A DNA stretch of 28,021 nt from Candidatus Fraserbacteria bacterium (GCA_037442925.1 JBBIPG010000030.1:1-28021); one strand, 5' to 3'; shown: positions 7,861 through 17,806, counted from the first letter of the stretch. Program-made: numbers and translations. The notes: generated from the sequence alone by a model not told the origin.

Positions 7861-9159
7861 TCAACCAACCACCCGAACGATTTCATCCCGCAAATCCTCT
7901 GGGAAACAGAGTCGAGCGCGGGTGACCAGCCGATTTGTGATCGCCTGAATCAACTCCGAGTGCTCCGAAAGCTCCAGAAGATTTAAATCACGATCGACCA
8001 AAAATATACTCTCACTCACCTCATCTTCACTGCGACGAAAGAGGCCATCTACATAGGGGTCAGCTACGGCCGTATCCAGCACGAGGTAGTAATCTGGATC
8101 AAACTTCCTCGCGCGGGCAAGCTTCTGCAGTTTGTTCTTCAATCGCTCATCTCGTCTCGGCTCCATTTCCACTGTCTTGAAGATCCGCCTCTCCCGAAAG
8201 CGTCGACAGAGATCGGCCAAGATGCCATCTCCACTGTGACTCCACTCTTTGATGGCATACGCCAACACGACATCATCTAGCTCCAGGAACTCTTGAGGCG
8301 TGAGCTTTGCAGTTTGAGTGATGAGCTTGCAGAGAGGTTGGGGAGCAAAGAGATCGCGACCTTCCTGCAGGAGTTCTGCGACCCGTCTCAAGATCTGTGT
8401 GATCATCACCCCCGCCGCTCGACTGGTCTTGTGATGATAGACTTGCTGGTACATGTAGTACCGCGCCAAAACATAGCTTTCGACTGCTCGCAACCCTTTC
8501 TCTCGATCGACGGCGATCTCCCAGTCGCCTTGATGCTCTAGAATGCGTACGCTGTGGATCAGCCACTCCAGGTCGAACTGGCCATAACCGACGCCGGTGT
8601 GGTAGCTGTCACGCAGCAAGTAGTCCATGCGATCCACGTCGAGTTGGCTGGAGATAAGCTTTACGGCAAAGGACGGCTTAAAAGTCCGCTCGATGATCTG
8701 GCAAACGACCTGCGGATACGTTCGATCACAGGCCTTGAGGATCTGATGGACTTGTCCCCTCGGATGAGCGATGAGCCGAGCTGTCCAGATCTCGTGATGT
8801 TGACGCGTGAAATTCTCCAGTAAGTGGGAGAACGGGAAGTGCCCAATATCGTGGAGCAAGGCTGCTGCCAATAAGACTTCACGATATTCTTGGAGTTGTT
8901 CGACAAGCGGGCGAAAGCGATGGTCACTGGAAAGGCCTTGCATCTCTGCAATGATGCGCTTCATCAGGAACGCTGCACCCAACGAGTGCGAGAAGCGATT
9001 GTGATCGGCACCAGGGTAGACGACGTAGCTTACTCCCATAAGCTTGATGTGCCGTAGGCGCTGGACTTCGGGTGTCTCAATAAGATCTAGTACAAGCTTG
9101 TCGCGCTCGCGGTCAAAGCCCATTAGGTTGTGTACGGGATCGCGAAAGACCTTCTCCAT
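7861..9159 (-). CDS. HD-domain phosphohydrolase, dNTP triphosphohydrolase/SAMHD1-YwfO-like, about 432 aa
   Basis: Motifs [46 protein letters not shown] and MYQQVYHHK. Start placed at ATG 9159 ([10 protein letters not shown]) because the longer ORF overlaps icd. Confidence 0.88.
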   Translation of the reverse strand: MEKVFRDPVHNLMGFDRERDKLVLDLIETPEVQRLRHIKLMGVSYVVYPGADHNRFSHSLGAAFLMKRIIAEMQGLSSDHRFRPLVEQLQEYREVLLAAALLHDIGHFPFSHLLENFTRQHHEIWTARLIAHPRGQVHQILKACDRTYPQVVCQIIERTFKPSFAVKLISSQLDVDRMDYLLRDSYHTGVGYGQFDLEWLIHSVRILEHQGDWEIAVDREKGLRAVESYVLARYYMYQQVYHHKTSRAAGVMITQILRRVAELLQEGRDLFAPQPLCKLITQTAKLTPQEFLELDDVVLAYAIKEWSHSGDGILADLCRRFRERRIFKTVEMEPRRDERLKNKLQKLARARKFDPDYYLVLDTAVADPYVDGLFRRSEDEVSESIFLVDRDLNLLELSEHSELIQAITNRLVTRARLCFPEDLRDEIVRVVG

Positions 9160-9262
9160 GACTTCTTGCGAACTTGCTCCCCTCCTCCCGAAGCCGGTAT
9201 CATCAAGCATATCGTATGTATCAGGGTACAGGAAAGAAGGGAGAAAAGACCAACGCAATCTC

Positions 9263-10507
9263 ATGGCAAAGTTTTCCATAATACAAATCCCAAAGACCGG
9301 ACAAGTCATTGAGTCAGAAAACGGGAAGCTGAGAGTTCCCGACCATCCCGTCATCCCCTTCATCGAGGGCGATGGCATCGGACGCGACATCTGGCGGGCT
9401 ACAAAGCAGATACTCGATCAAGCTGTCGACAAAGCATATGCAGGCAAGAAGAAGATCGAATGGGTGGAGATCTTCGCTGGCCAGAAGGCAAAGCAGCTGT
9501 GTGGCGAGCTTCTGCCCCCAGAGACGTTGGCCGCCATTCGCGAGTTCAAAGTGGCCATCAAGGGCCCGCTAGAAACGCCTGTGGGCTCCGGTTATCGCAG
9601 CTTGAATGTCGCGCTCCGTCAAGTGCTCGATCTCTATGCCTGCGTGCGCCCCGTTCAGTACATCCCCGGCGTGCCCAGTCCCCTCAAACACCCAGAGAAA
9701 GTCAACTTCGTGATCTTTCGAGAAAACACAGAAGACGTCTATGCGGGCATTGAGTGGGAGGAAGGCTCTACCGAAGCCAAGAAAATAATCACTTGGCTCA
9801 AGAAGGAATTCAAAGTCAACGTGCGCACGGACTCAGGCATTGGCGTCAAACCCATGAGCCAGATGGCCACAAGGCGCTTGGTCCGCAAGGCCATCGAGTA
9901 CGCGATTCAGAACAAGCGCCAGCGAGTGACGCTCGTCCATAAGGGTAACATCATGAAGTACACGGAAGGAGCTTTCCGCAAATGGGGCTATGAGTTGGCC
10001 GCGGAGGAGTTTCCAGACAGGATTATCACGGAAGAAGCACTCTGGGAACGGCATGGCGGAAAGATCCCTGAGGGTAAGATCGTCATGGATGATCGCATTG
10101 CCGACATCATGTTCCAGCATGTGCTGACGCGCCCTGATGAGTTTGAAGTGATCGCCACGCCCAATCTGAACGGGGATTATTTGAGTGATGCCTGTGCTGC
10201 CCAAGTAGGCGGAGTAGGGCTCGCCCCGGGGGCAAATATCGGCGATGGAATTGGCTTTTTCGAAGCGACCCACGGGACGGCTCCCTCCCATGCCGACAAG
10301 AATGAAGCCAATCCTACAGCCTTGCTCTTATCCGGGGTCTTGATGTTCGAGTATCTAGGCTGGCAGGAGGCGGCGGGACTCGTTCGCGATGCGCTGGCCG
10401 AGACCATTCAGCAGAAGCGCGTCACGTATGATCTGGCACGCCTGATGGAAGGAGCCAAGAAGCTCTCCACAACCGCCTTTGCCGAAGCTGTCATTGAAAA
10501 CATGTGA
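9263..10507 (+). CDS. icd: Isocitrate dehydrogenase, homodimeric E. coli type, probably NADP-dependent, 414 aa
   Basis: [74 protein letters not shown]. Start at ATG 9263. Confidence 0.95.
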   Translation: MAKFSIIQIPKTGQVIESENGKLRVPDHPVIPFIEGDGIGRDIWRATKQILDQAVDKAYAGKKKIEWVEIFAGQKAKQLCGELLPPETLAAIREFKVAIKGPLETPVGSGYRSLNVALRQVLDLYACVRPVQYIPGVPSPLKHPEKVNFVIFRENTEDVYAGIEWEEGSTEAKKIITWLKKEFKVNVRTDSGIGVKPMSQMATRRLVRKAIEYAIQNKRQRVTLVHKGNIMKYTEGAFRKWGYELAAEEFPDRIITEEALWERHGGKIPEGKIVMDDRIADIMFQHVLTRPDEFEVIATPNLNGDYLSDACAAQVGGVGLAPGANIGDGIGFFEATHGTAPSHADKNEANPTALLLSGVLMFEYLGWQEAAGLVRDALAETIQQKRVTYDLARLMEGAKKLSTTAFAEAVIENM

Positions 10508-11430
10508 TGCGCTACCTTGAGCCCGTAGAAGCCGATCGCAATCTCTTCCTCCTCGATACGGGAATGTTGGGAGTTCAGCGCTACGGAGCGTTGTACATAG
10601 TAAGGACTCCCCAGCCTGCCATCATCGAGACCGGGTTTTCGCATACGCTGGAGAAGACATTGGCAGCGCTCGATGAGCTGAAGATCCGTCCCAGCAGCGT
10701 CGCGTACATCTTCCCCACTCACGTTCACATGGACCACGCCGGGGGAGCCGGTTTTCTGGCCGAAGCCTGCCCCCATGCGCGGGTCGTCTGCCATCACGTA
10801 GGAGCTCCACACTTGATCGACCCATCGAGACTCGTCCCCAGCGTACAGCGAGCCGTAGGCGTGCTTTTTCCCCACTATGGCACGATGAAACCCGTTCCCC
10901 CAGAACGTCTCGTACGTGTACAGGGAGGCGAATGCTTCGACCTTGGAGATCGTTATGTGATCGAAGTCGTGGACTCACCCGGCCATGCTCCCCATCACGC
11001 TTGTTTCTACGAACGGAAAACGAAAGGCCTGTTCACAGGAGATGCTGTCGGCATCTATCGCCCAGAGGCCACAGGATTTGCTATGACCACCCCTCCACCG
11101 TCGTTTCATTATGAGGACAGCCTCAAAACACTCGACAGATTAAGAGAATTGGACTTGCAATGGCTCTACTTCACGCACTACGGAGCACACTCCCAGCCCA
11201 ATGAACTCATAAATGAGTATGAAAGATCCCTTCGACGCTGGGTTGAGGACGTCGCCGCAAAGCTTCGCGAACTTAAGGACGATCAAGCCGTCAAGGAGCA
11301 TTTCGTGCATGAAGAAGCGAAGACGCTGGGCGAGTTCTATGAGCCTGTGATGTTGCGCCAAGAGGTAGAGATGAATGTTCAGGGCGTGCTGCTTTACCTC
11401 CATAAGAAGCAGCATTTACCCCGCACTTGA
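10507..11430 (+). CDS. Metallo-beta-lactamase-fold hydrolase
   Basis: THVHMDHAGG (HxHxDH), PGHAPHH, FTGDA, FTHYG. TGATG overlap with the icd stop. Confidence 0.9.
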   Translation: MRYLEPVEADRNLFLLDTGMLGVQRYGALYIVRTPQPAIIETGFSHTLEKTLAALDELKIRPSSVAYIFPTHVHMDHAGGAGFLAEACPHARVVCHHVGAPHLIDPSRLVPSVQRAVGVLFPHYGTMKPVPPERLVRVQGGECFDLGDRYVIEVVDSPGHAPHHACFYERKTKGLFTGDAVGIYRPEATGFAMTTPPPSFHYEDSLKTLDRLRELDLQWLYFTHYGAHSQPNELINEYERSLRRWVEDVAAKLRELKDDQAVKEHFVHEEAKTLGEFYEPVMLRQEVEMNVQGVLLYLHKKQHLPRT

Positions 11431-11456
11431 CAGATAAGCCCCTGTTGTGCTATGGT
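11427..11456 (+). promoter_or_regulatory. Sigma70-type promoter pointing into an intergenic region with no + strand ORF
   Basis: TTGACA (11427-11432)-18 bp-TATGGT (11451-11456) with a TGn extension. Confidence 0.6.
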
Positions 11457-11462
11457 CAATAT

Positions 11463-11645
11463 TCCCTCTACTGGGGAACCCATCCCAGAAGGGAGAAGAG
11501 CTTGGTCTGCGGCCTTGAACCGCGTCCTCAGACTGGGGAAGAATCCTGCCCTGTTAGGCAGGCAAAACCCTGGTAGATGGTAAAGGCCTACCAAAACCCT
11601 GCCCGCTGAGCCAAGCTCTTCTCATTTGGTGCCCGCTCCCATCTC
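11463..11645 (+). ncRNA. Putative structured ncRNA, about 170-180 nt rod, 6S RNA candidate
   Basis: Nested inverted repeats: 11493-11505/11611-11623 (perfect 13 bp), GGCCTT 11511-11516/AAGGCC 11583-11588, ACTGGGG 11532-11538/CCCTGGT 11568-11574 (with G-U pairs), CCTGCC 11545-11550/GGCAGG 11557-11562. Lies just downstream of a promoter and between convergent genes. Family and exact ends are uncertain. Confidence 0.5.
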
Positions 11646-11721
11646 CCTCTCTATGGCATTGAGTTGAACGGAAGTTGTGGTCATCATGAAGGACAGATGT
11701 CGATTTCCTGAGGGATTCTCG

Positions 11722-13110
11722 TCACTTGGAAAGGTGCTCGAAGCGAGCGACGAAATGTCGCAGGGGACCCGCTCCATAGATGAGCCGAAGGCCCTGGATG
11801 TGCCTTCGGCGCCTGGCAATTGAGCGGAGCGCTTCGATGACCACATCCAGATGCTCTCGCGTGTAGACGCGGCGTGGGATGGCGAGCCGCACGAGTTCGA
11901 GTCGCGGGTAGATCACCTCTCCTGTACGCTCATCGCGCTGAGAGAACATGACGCTACCGACCTCCACAGCGCGCACACCGGCCTCGAGATAGAGCTCGAC
12001 CACCAGTGCCTGTGCCGGAAACGCGCTCTGCGGGATCTGCGGAAGAAACGCTTGGGCATCGACATAGACCGCGTGGCCTCCCACCGGCCGGATGATCGGA
12101 ACTCCCTCCGCGCTAAGACGCTCCCCCAAATAACGAGTTTGTGAGATGCGATCGCGCAAGTACGCCTCATCCAGCACCTCGCGGAGCCCCTGGGCGATGG
12201 CATCCAGATCGCGGCCCGCTAGACCTCCATACGTCGGGAATCCCTCCATCAAGACCAGTCGTTCACACGCCCGCTCATGGAGTTCGTCATCGTTTAAGGC
12301 GATCAAGCCACCGATATTGGCCAAGCCATCCTTCTTGGCGCTTAGGGTGCAGCCATCGACCAGCGCAAACATCTCCCGGACGATCTCGGGGATCGACTTC
12401 TTTTGATAGCCCGGTTCGCGTTCCTTGATGAAATAGGCATTCTCGGCGAAGCGAGCGGCGTCCAAGAAGAACGGGATCTTGCAGGATCGAGCCACTTCGC
12501 TTACCTCGCACAAGTTCTCCATCGAGACCGGCTGGCCCCCACCGCTGTTGTTCGTCACGGTCATCATGACAAAGGGGATTCGATCTGGGCCCTTCTCATC
12601 GATGAGTTTCTTGAGCTGATCTACATCCATGTTGCCCTTGAAGGGATGCTCCCGCGAGGGTTCATACGCGTCCTCGATGACCAAGTTGACCGGATGGCCA
12701 CCCCGATGGAGAACATGCGCGCGCGTCGTGTCAAAGTGCATGTTGTTCGGCACGAAGTCTCCCGGCTCTATAAGACAGGAGAAGAGCACATGTTCTGCCC
12801 CACGGCCTTGATGAGTGGGCAGCACGTGGCGAAACCCCGTGATCTCCCGGACAACGGTGGAGAATCGCTGGAAGCTGCGGCTTCCGGCATACGCCTCGTC
12901 TCCGACCATGAGCGCCGCCCACTGCTCTTGGCTCATCGCCCCTGTGCCGGAATCCGTCAAAAGATCGATATATACGTCTTCGGAAGCCAGATGGAAGACA
13001 TTCAGACCGGCCTCGCTAAGCTTGCGAATGCGCTCGGCTCGGGGAAGAAGCCGGATGGGCTCGACGACTTTGATCTTGTACGGCTTATACCATTCTGCGG
13101 GATCTTTCAT
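11722..13110 (-). CDS. tnaA: Tryptophanase (PLP-dependent beta-eliminating lyase)
   Basis: [33 protein letters not shown]-lysine motif [22 protein letters not shown] and LRHF match tryptophanase rather than tyrosine phenol-lyase (FTTT, SGKKD, LRFF). Confidence 0.88.
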   Translation of the reverse strand: MKDPAEWYKPYKIKVVEPIRLLPRAERIRKLSEAGLNVFHLASEDVYIDLLTDSGTGAMSQEQWAALMVGDEAYAGSRSFQRFSTVVREITGFRHVLPTHQGRGAEHVLFSCLIEPGDFVPNNMHFDTTRAHVLHRGGHPVNLVIEDAYEPSREHPFKGNMDVDQLKKLIDEKGPDRIPFVMMTVTNNSGGGQPVSMENLCEVSEVARSCKIPFFLDAARFAENAYFIKEREPGYQKKSIPEIVREMFALVDGCTLSAKKDGLANIGGLIALNDDELHERACERLVLMEGFPTYGGLAGRDLDAIAQGLREVLDEAYLRDRISQTRYLGERLSAEGVPIIRPVGGHAVYVDAQAFLPQIPQSAFPAQALVVELYLEAGVRAVEVGSVMFSQRDERTGEVIYPRLELVRLAIPRRVYTREHLDVVIEALRSIARRRRHIQGLRLIYGAGPLRHFVARFEHLSK

Positions 13111-13124
13111 TCGCTGCTTAAATG

Positions 13125-14030
13125 CTACGCTTTCGTGCCTCCGCGATCCTCACTGGGCACCAGGGACTTCAAGAGGTCGAGAGGCAAAGGGAAGACGATC
13201 GTGCTTGTGCTCCGCTCGGAGCTGATGTCAATGAGCGTCTGCAAATATCGCAGTTGAACGGAGACCGGCTGCGACTGCAATATGCGGGCCGCTTGGGACA
13301 ACTTCTCCGACGCTTGCAGCTCCCCCTCGGCGTTGATGACCTTCGAGCGCCGCTCCCGCTCCGCCTCGGCCTGGCGTGCGATGGCTCGCTGCATCTCTTG
13401 CGGAAGCCGCACGTCTTTGATCTCGACCGTCTTGACTTTGATCCCCCACGGGTCGGTGTGATCGTCGATGATCTCTTGCAACTGCTTATTCAGTTTCTCC
13501 CTCTCCGCCAAGAGCTCATCGAGTTCGACTTGTCCTAGCACGCTACGCAACGTGGTCTGAGAGATCTGGTTGGTCGCCTGGAAGAAGTCTTCCACTTCGA
13601 CGATCGCTTTGCTGGAATCCATCACCCGGAAGAAGACCACGGCATTCACTTGAACTGTGACGTTGTCCTTCGTGATGACCTCCTGCGGCGGCACGTCCAG
13701 TGCGATCGTCCGCAACGAAACTTTCACGCCCTTATCGATGATCGGCCACAGCCAGAAGAGTCCCGGACCCTTGGCACCCAATAGGCGCCCCAGCCGAAAG
13801 ATCACCATCCGCTCGTACTCGCGCACGATTCGGATCGCACTCGCAAAGAACAGAATTACAAGCGCGATGATCAACGCCACTGTGAAGGTATTCACAGATC
13901 CGCCACCTCCCTGGAAGAATTGAAAGATTGCCTCCGGAAACGGTTCCACTTGCAACAGGAACACCAGAGCGGCCGCCAACACAGCCAGGGCTGTCGCCAG
14001 CCCTTGTCCTCCGTTCTGCGGCTCGTTCAT
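13125..14030 (-). CDS. SPFH/band-7 stomatin-like (slipin) membrane protein
   Basis: [63 protein letters not shown]. Start uncertain (ATG 14030 or GTG 14078). Confidence 0.92.
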   Translation of the reverse strand: MNEPQNGGQGLATALAVLAAALVFLLQVEPFPEAIFQFFQGGGGSVNTFTVALIIALVILFFASAIRIVREYERMVIFRLGRLLGAKGPGLFWLWPIIDKGVKVSLRTIALDVPPQEVITKDNVTVQVNAVVFFRVMDSSKAIVEVEDFFQATNQISQTTLRSVLGQVELDELLAEREKLNKQLQEIIDDHTDPWGIKVKTVEIKDVRLPQEMQRAIARQAEAERERRSKVINAEGELQASEKLSQAARILQSQPVSVQLRYLQTLIDISSERSTSTIVFPLPLDLLKSLVPSEDRGGTKA

Positions 14031-14118
14031 AGGAATGACTGTTCGCTTCCCTTGGCCCTCCTCTCTTGGTAAGAGCACTTATATTATCGCAATCCTGCTC
14101 GTCAAAGCAAAGTCGCAA

Positions 14119-14147
14119 TTGTCAACGGCCAGCTGGGCCAATACAAT
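14119..14147 (+). promoter_or_regulatory. Sigma70-type promoter for tpiA-mutM
   Basis: TTGTCA-17 bp-TACAAT, followed by AGGAG and ATG 14169. Confidence 0.7.
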
Positions 14148-14168
14148 ACATCCCTCGCAGGAGCGACC

Positions 14169-14939
14169 ATGCGCACGGTATTGATCGTCGCGAATTGGAA
14201 GATGCATAAGACGCTCGATGAAGCCCAAGCGTTTGTGGAAGCTTTTCTGCCTCACATCGAAGCCATCGAGGGAGTGGAAATGGCACTGGCCCCGGCATTC
14301 ACGGTCCTAAGAGATGTGGGAGTTGCCTTGAAGAATTCGCCCGTGCGCTTGGCGGCTCAGAATGTTCACTTTGCGGCTCAGGGCGCCTACACGGGTGAGA
14401 TCTCCCCTCTCATGCTAAGGGATGTGGGTTGCTCCTATGTCATCGTGGGGCACTCGGAACGTCGACAGTTCTTCCACGAAGACGATGCGCTCATAAATAA
14501 GAAACTGGCAGCTGCCTTTGAGAAGAAGTTGATCCCGATTCTCTGTGTAGGTGAGACCTTGCAAGAACGGCACGCGGGCGCGACCGAAAGAGTTCTGGAG
14601 CGCCAGTTGCGGGCGGATCTGAGGGAGTTGGATAGACAGATTCTAAGCCAGTTGGTGATTGCCTACGAACCCATCTGGGCCATTGGAACCGGAGAGACAG
14701 CCAGCCCTGCGGACGCGGAGCAGGGAGCTCGTTTTCTTCGCGAACTCATCCGTGATCGGTATGGCAGCCAGGTCGCGCAATCGATAAGAATTCTATACGG
14801 GGGGAGCGTGAAGCCGGAGAATGTCAAGGAGTTGATCTGCCAGCCGAACATCGATGGCGCGCTTGTGGGCGGAGCTTCGCTTGATCCCCAGCAATTTGCT
14901 CAGATAATCAAAGCTGCTGCCAGAGCGGCGCACTCCTGA
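14169..14939 (+). CDS. tpiA: Triosephosphate isomerase
   Basis: ANWKMH, GAYTGEIS, GHSERR, AYEPIWAIGTG, YGGSVK, GGASL. Confidence 0.98.
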   Translation: MRTVLIVANWKMHKTLDEAQAFVEAFLPHIEAIEGVEMALAPAFTVLRDVGVALKNSPVRLAAQNVHFAAQGAYTGEISPLMLRDVGCSYVIVGHSERRQFFHEDDALINKKLAAAFEKKLIPILCVGETLQERHAGATERVLERQLRADLRELDRQILSQLVIAYEPIWAIGTGETASPADAEQGARFLRELIRDRYGSQVAQSIRILYGGSVKPENVKELICQPNIDGALVGGASLDPQQFAQIIKAAARAAHS

Positions 14940-15748
14940 TGCCTGAACTTCCGGAAGTTGAAACGATTCGTCGTGGTCTGGAACAAGAGATCTTGGGACT
15001 CACCTTGTGCGACGTGCCCGTTAAAGAACGAGTGCACTTATTGAAAAACTGTTCTGCTACACAACTGAAGCGCTCGTTGATCGGTCGAGAGCTCACGTCT
15101 TTGGCGCGTCGCGGGAAATATCTCATCTTTGATTTCGGAAGCTACTCCCTCGTCTTGCACCTGCGCATGAGTGGGAGACTCCTATTGCAGCCAGCAGACC
15201 ACACCCGCTTGGTCTTTGATTTTGGAGATAAGAAGCTCTTCTTCGACGATGCGCGGCGATTTGGAATGCTCTATCTTGCAAGATCCGACCATCTCGATGA
15301 ACTCCAGCCTCTACGAGAACTGGGCATCGAGCCTTTAGCCGCTGACTACACGCTCCCCGCCTTTCGAGAGCGACTCCAAACCCAGCAGGAGATCAAACGC
15401 CTCTTGCTCGATCAACGAAAGATAGCCGGTCTAGGCAATATCTATTCCAATGAGGCGCTCTTCGAGGCCCGTATTCACCCTGAGCGGTCAGCCCATACTC
15501 TCTCACGGCAAGAAACGCAGCGCCTCTTCGCCGCGATCCCCGCTGTGCTCCAACACGCTCTCCAGGCGGGTGGCACATCCATCGATTCCTATCGAACGCC
15601 TCAGGGGGAATTAGGACGATTCCAAAATGAGTTTCGCGTCTATGAGCGTGCCGGGAGGCCTTGTCCACGTTGCGGTACAGCCATAGAGCGAATCGCTCAA
15701 GGAGGGCGTAGCAGTTACCTCTGTCCGCGTTGCCAGCCGCTCAAATAG
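14939..15748 (+). CDS. mutM: Formamidopyrimidine-DNA glycosylase
   Basis: MPELPEVET, RRGKYL, HLRMSG, DARRFG, LLDQRKIAGLGNIY, C-terminal zinc finger CPRC...CPRCQ. Confidence 0.97.
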   Translation: MPELPEVETIRRGLEQEILGLTLCDVPVKERVHLLKNCSATQLKRSLIGRELTSLARRGKYLIFDFGSYSLVLHLRMSGRLLLQPADHTRLVFDFGDKKLFFDDARRFGMLYLARSDHLDELQPLRELGIEPLAADYTLPAFRERLQTQQEIKRLLLDQRKIAGLGNIYSNEALFEARIHPERSAHTLSRQETQRLFAAIPAVLQHALQAGGTSIDSYRTPQGELGRFQNEFRVYERAGRPCPRCGTAIERIAQGGRSSYLCPRCQPLK

Positions 15749-15803
15749 TCTTGATGTATAATAACCCCAACGTATTGTATCCAAGCCCGTTCGGAGGTCT
15801 GCC

Positions 15804-16040
15804 ATGAACGCGCAAAAACTGTTGAGCATCCTGTTTCTCTTGCTGGTCACATCGCAGTGGGGAAACGGCTTCTCCGTGGCGACGGCATGGACCATCTCAC
15901 CCGTGACGATTCAAATCGATTCCAGCAGACGCTATCAGATAATCAGTGGCTTCGGTGCCTCACTCACCCCGTTCGAAACGGACGGAATCTATAAGGCGCA
16001 CGACCCCACACAACCCGAGCGCGTGACGGCAACACAATAG
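15804..16040 (+). pseudogene. N-terminal remnant of a secreted glycoside hydrolase (GH30-like)
   Basis: GGAGG SD, signal peptide, then IQIDSSRRYQIISGFGASLT, the typical start of GH30-type barrels. Stops after 78 aa with no room for the catalytic domain before the hrcA promoter. Confidence 0.65.
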
Positions 16041-16111
16041 CGACTTCATCCTCGGAGCGTGACGACCGTCTCCTCTCGCTGAGCCCCTGGGTCACGCGTC
16101 AGATATAACTC

Positions 16112-16140
16112 TTGACAAGTCCTTACGAGGGCGTTATCAT
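16112..16140 (+). promoter_or_regulatory. Sigma70/sigmaA promoter of the hrcA-dnaK operon
   Basis: TTGACA-17 bp-TATCAT. Confidence 0.85.
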
Positions 16141-16152
16141 TCAACGTGTCCA

Positions 16153-16179
16153 TTAGCAGTCAATTGTGGAGAGTGCTAA
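16153..16179 (+). promoter_or_regulatory. CIRCE element (HrcA operator)
   Basis: TTAGCAGTC-N9-GAGTGCTAA, one mismatch to consensus TTAGCACTC-N9-GAGTGCTAA, directly upstream of hrcA. Confidence 0.96.
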
Positions 16180-16182
16180 TTC

Positions 16183-17226
16183 ATGGATGATCGCAAGCTC
16201 TTGGTATTGAAAGCCATTGTCGATCACTATATCAAGACGGGCCAGCCGCTCAGCTCGAAGACCTTGCTGGAAGACTATGGACTTCGCGTGAGTTCGGCGA
16301 CGGTTCGAAATGATATGAAGTATCTGGAAAAGCGCGGCCTAATTCGCAAGGAATACAGCTCGGCCGGGCGCCTGCCCACCGAGCGCGGATATCGTTTCTT
16401 TGTGGATTGGCTCGTGCAACTGAGCGAACTTACCCGTCATGATCAGCATTCGATTATGGAAAGTTACCGCTTTCAGCGTCAGCAGATCGAGGAGCTTCTG
16501 CGACAGACGGCTTTCCTGCTGGCCAGCATGAGCGGGTATGCCGGGTTTGTACTCTCTCCGCGTCTCGAAGAGACCCGTCTGGAATCCATCGCCTTCGTCA
16601 AGCTGGATGAGGAGAACGTGCTCGTCGTCGTCGTCTCCGAGCTGGGTATCGTCGAGCATTGCATGATCCGCATCTCGCTTTCACCCGACGAACTCCAAGA
16701 GATCAGCGCCCTCATTAATGAGAAGCTGAGAGGCCACCGTCTCGATGAAGTCCGAAGGGAGGCGATGCAGTTTGCCCAGGGCGATGGCTGGCATGACCCG
16801 ACTCTGCAAAACGCGTTTGCCCTTCTTAAGGAGACTCTGGAGCGCCGGCTCCAAAGACGCCTCCACGTCGAGGGCTTCTTCCGTCTGTTGCCAAGCCTCT
16901 TGGAAGAAGGACTGGAGCTTACGAAGGCGCTGGAGGTCCTCACGATTCTGGGGGATGCGGACCGATCCAGCTCGTATTTGGAATCTCTCTCATGCCCAGA
17001 AGTACGAGCTTGCATCGGCTCCGAGAACGATCTGCGGGAGCTTCGCTCTTGCAGCTTGGTTCTCATGGCGTATGGTTTTTCTGGTGTCGTAGGCATCCTG
17101 GGCCCCATCCGCATGGACTACAGCAAGGCCTTTGCGATCACGAGCTACATTGGCAATCGCCTCCGCACGATCCTCACGCTCAGCCACTGGGAGCAGATGC
17201 CAACTCTTGCAAGAGAGGTGGATTGA
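16183..17226 (+). CDS. hrcA: Heat-inducible transcription repressor HrcA
   Basis: YIKTGQPLSSK, SATVRNDM, SAGRLPTERGYRFFVD, GILGPIRMDY. CIRCE upstream and grpE-dnaK-dnaJ downstream. Confidence 0.96.
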   Translation: MDDRKLLVLKAIVDHYIKTGQPLSSKTLLEDYGLRVSSATVRNDMKYLEKRGLIRKEYSSAGRLPTERGYRFFVDWLVQLSELTRHDQHSIMESYRFQRQQIEELLRQTAFLLASMSGYAGFVLSPRLEETRLESIAFVKLDEENVLVVVVSELGIVEHCMIRISLSPDELQEISALINEKLRGHRLDEVRREAMQFAQGDGWHDPTLQNAFALLKETLERRLQRRLHVEGFFRLLPSLLEEGLELTKALEVLTILGDADRSSSYLESLSCPEVRACIGSENDLRELRSCSLVLMAYGFSGVVGILGPIRMDYSKAFAITSYIGNRLRTILTLSHWEQMPTLAREVD

Positions 17227-17228
17227 AC

Positions 17229-17801
17229 ATGGTCGAGAACCGGCAACCAAAGCAAGATCTCCCACCGCAGAGGGATCAAAACCCGACGAAGGACACGGGA
17301 GCAGTACCGTCGAGCCAGGGAGGTATCGAAGTGCTGGAGCAGAAATTGAAAGAGACCGAAGACCAACTCCAAGCCTACATTGACCGCTTACAGCACCTGC
17401 AGGCCGACTTTGAGAACTACAAGAAGCGTGTGGCTCGCGAGCAGGAGGAGTATGCGTATTTCATCGAGAACAGGCTCTTATTGAAGATCCTGCCTCTCTA
17501 TGACAACCTCGAGCGGGCATTCCGCTCCTACAACCACAACAACGATAAAGACTCGTTCATTGAGGGCATGGAGCGGATCTTTGCGCAATTCAATGAGTTC
17601 TTGAAAGCACAGGACGTACGGCTGATTGAGGCATTGGGTCAACCCTTTGATCCTTCGCTGCATGAGGCACTCTTGCTCGTCGAGACCGATGAGAAGCCTA
17701 ATATTGTCTTGGAGGAGTTTGAACGGGGCTATCGGCGCGGCGATCGGTTGCTGCGCCCCAGCCGTGTGAAAGTCAGCAAGCGAAAAGAGTCGAAGGAGTG
17801 A
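17229..17801 (+). CDS. grpE: Nucleotide exchange factor GrpE, 190 aa
   Basis: LQADFENYKKR, LPLYDNLERA, FDPSLHEA, GY...LLRPSRVKV. Start at ATG 17229 after GAGGTG. Confidence 0.95.
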   Translation: MVENRQPKQDLPPQRDQNPTKDTGAVPSSQGGIEVLEQKLKETEDQLQAYIDRLQHLQADFENYKKRVAREQEEYAYFIENRLLLKILPLYDNLERAFRSYNHNNDKDSFIEGMERIFAQFNEFLKAQDVRLIEALGQPFDPSLHEALLLVETDEKPNIVLEEFERGYRRGDRLLRPSRVKVSKRKESKE

Positions 17802-17806
17802 TTTCT

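Noticed and set aside
9044..9390. Long N-terminal extensions making icd and the HD gene overlap head-to-head
   Set aside because: Family homology starts at 9263 (icd) and 9159 (HD), leaving an ordinary 103-bp divergent intergenic region.
11461..11625. c-di-AMP (ydaO) riboswitch, SRP RNA, RNase P RNA, tRNA or tmRNA
   Set aside because: GGGGAACC and GGGGAAGAATCC superficially recall ydaO, but the 3' consensus is missing and there is no downstream + strand gene. SRP and RNase P core motifs and a full cloverleaf are absent.
11722..13110. Tyrosine phenol-lyase (tpl)
   Set aside because: Diagnostic residues FDTT, SAKKD and LRHF match tryptophanase.
12403..13538. Long antisense ORFs (284 aa and 138 aa) over tnaA and the slipin gene, and similar ones over dnaK (18854-19675) and hrcA (16479-17114)
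   Set aside because: Shadow ORFs expected opposite well-conserved genes in GC-rich DNA, with no recognisable motifs.
16992..17228. 79-aa N-terminal extension of GrpE
   Set aside because: It overlaps hrcA out of frame. ATG 17229 with an SD gives a normal-length GrpE.
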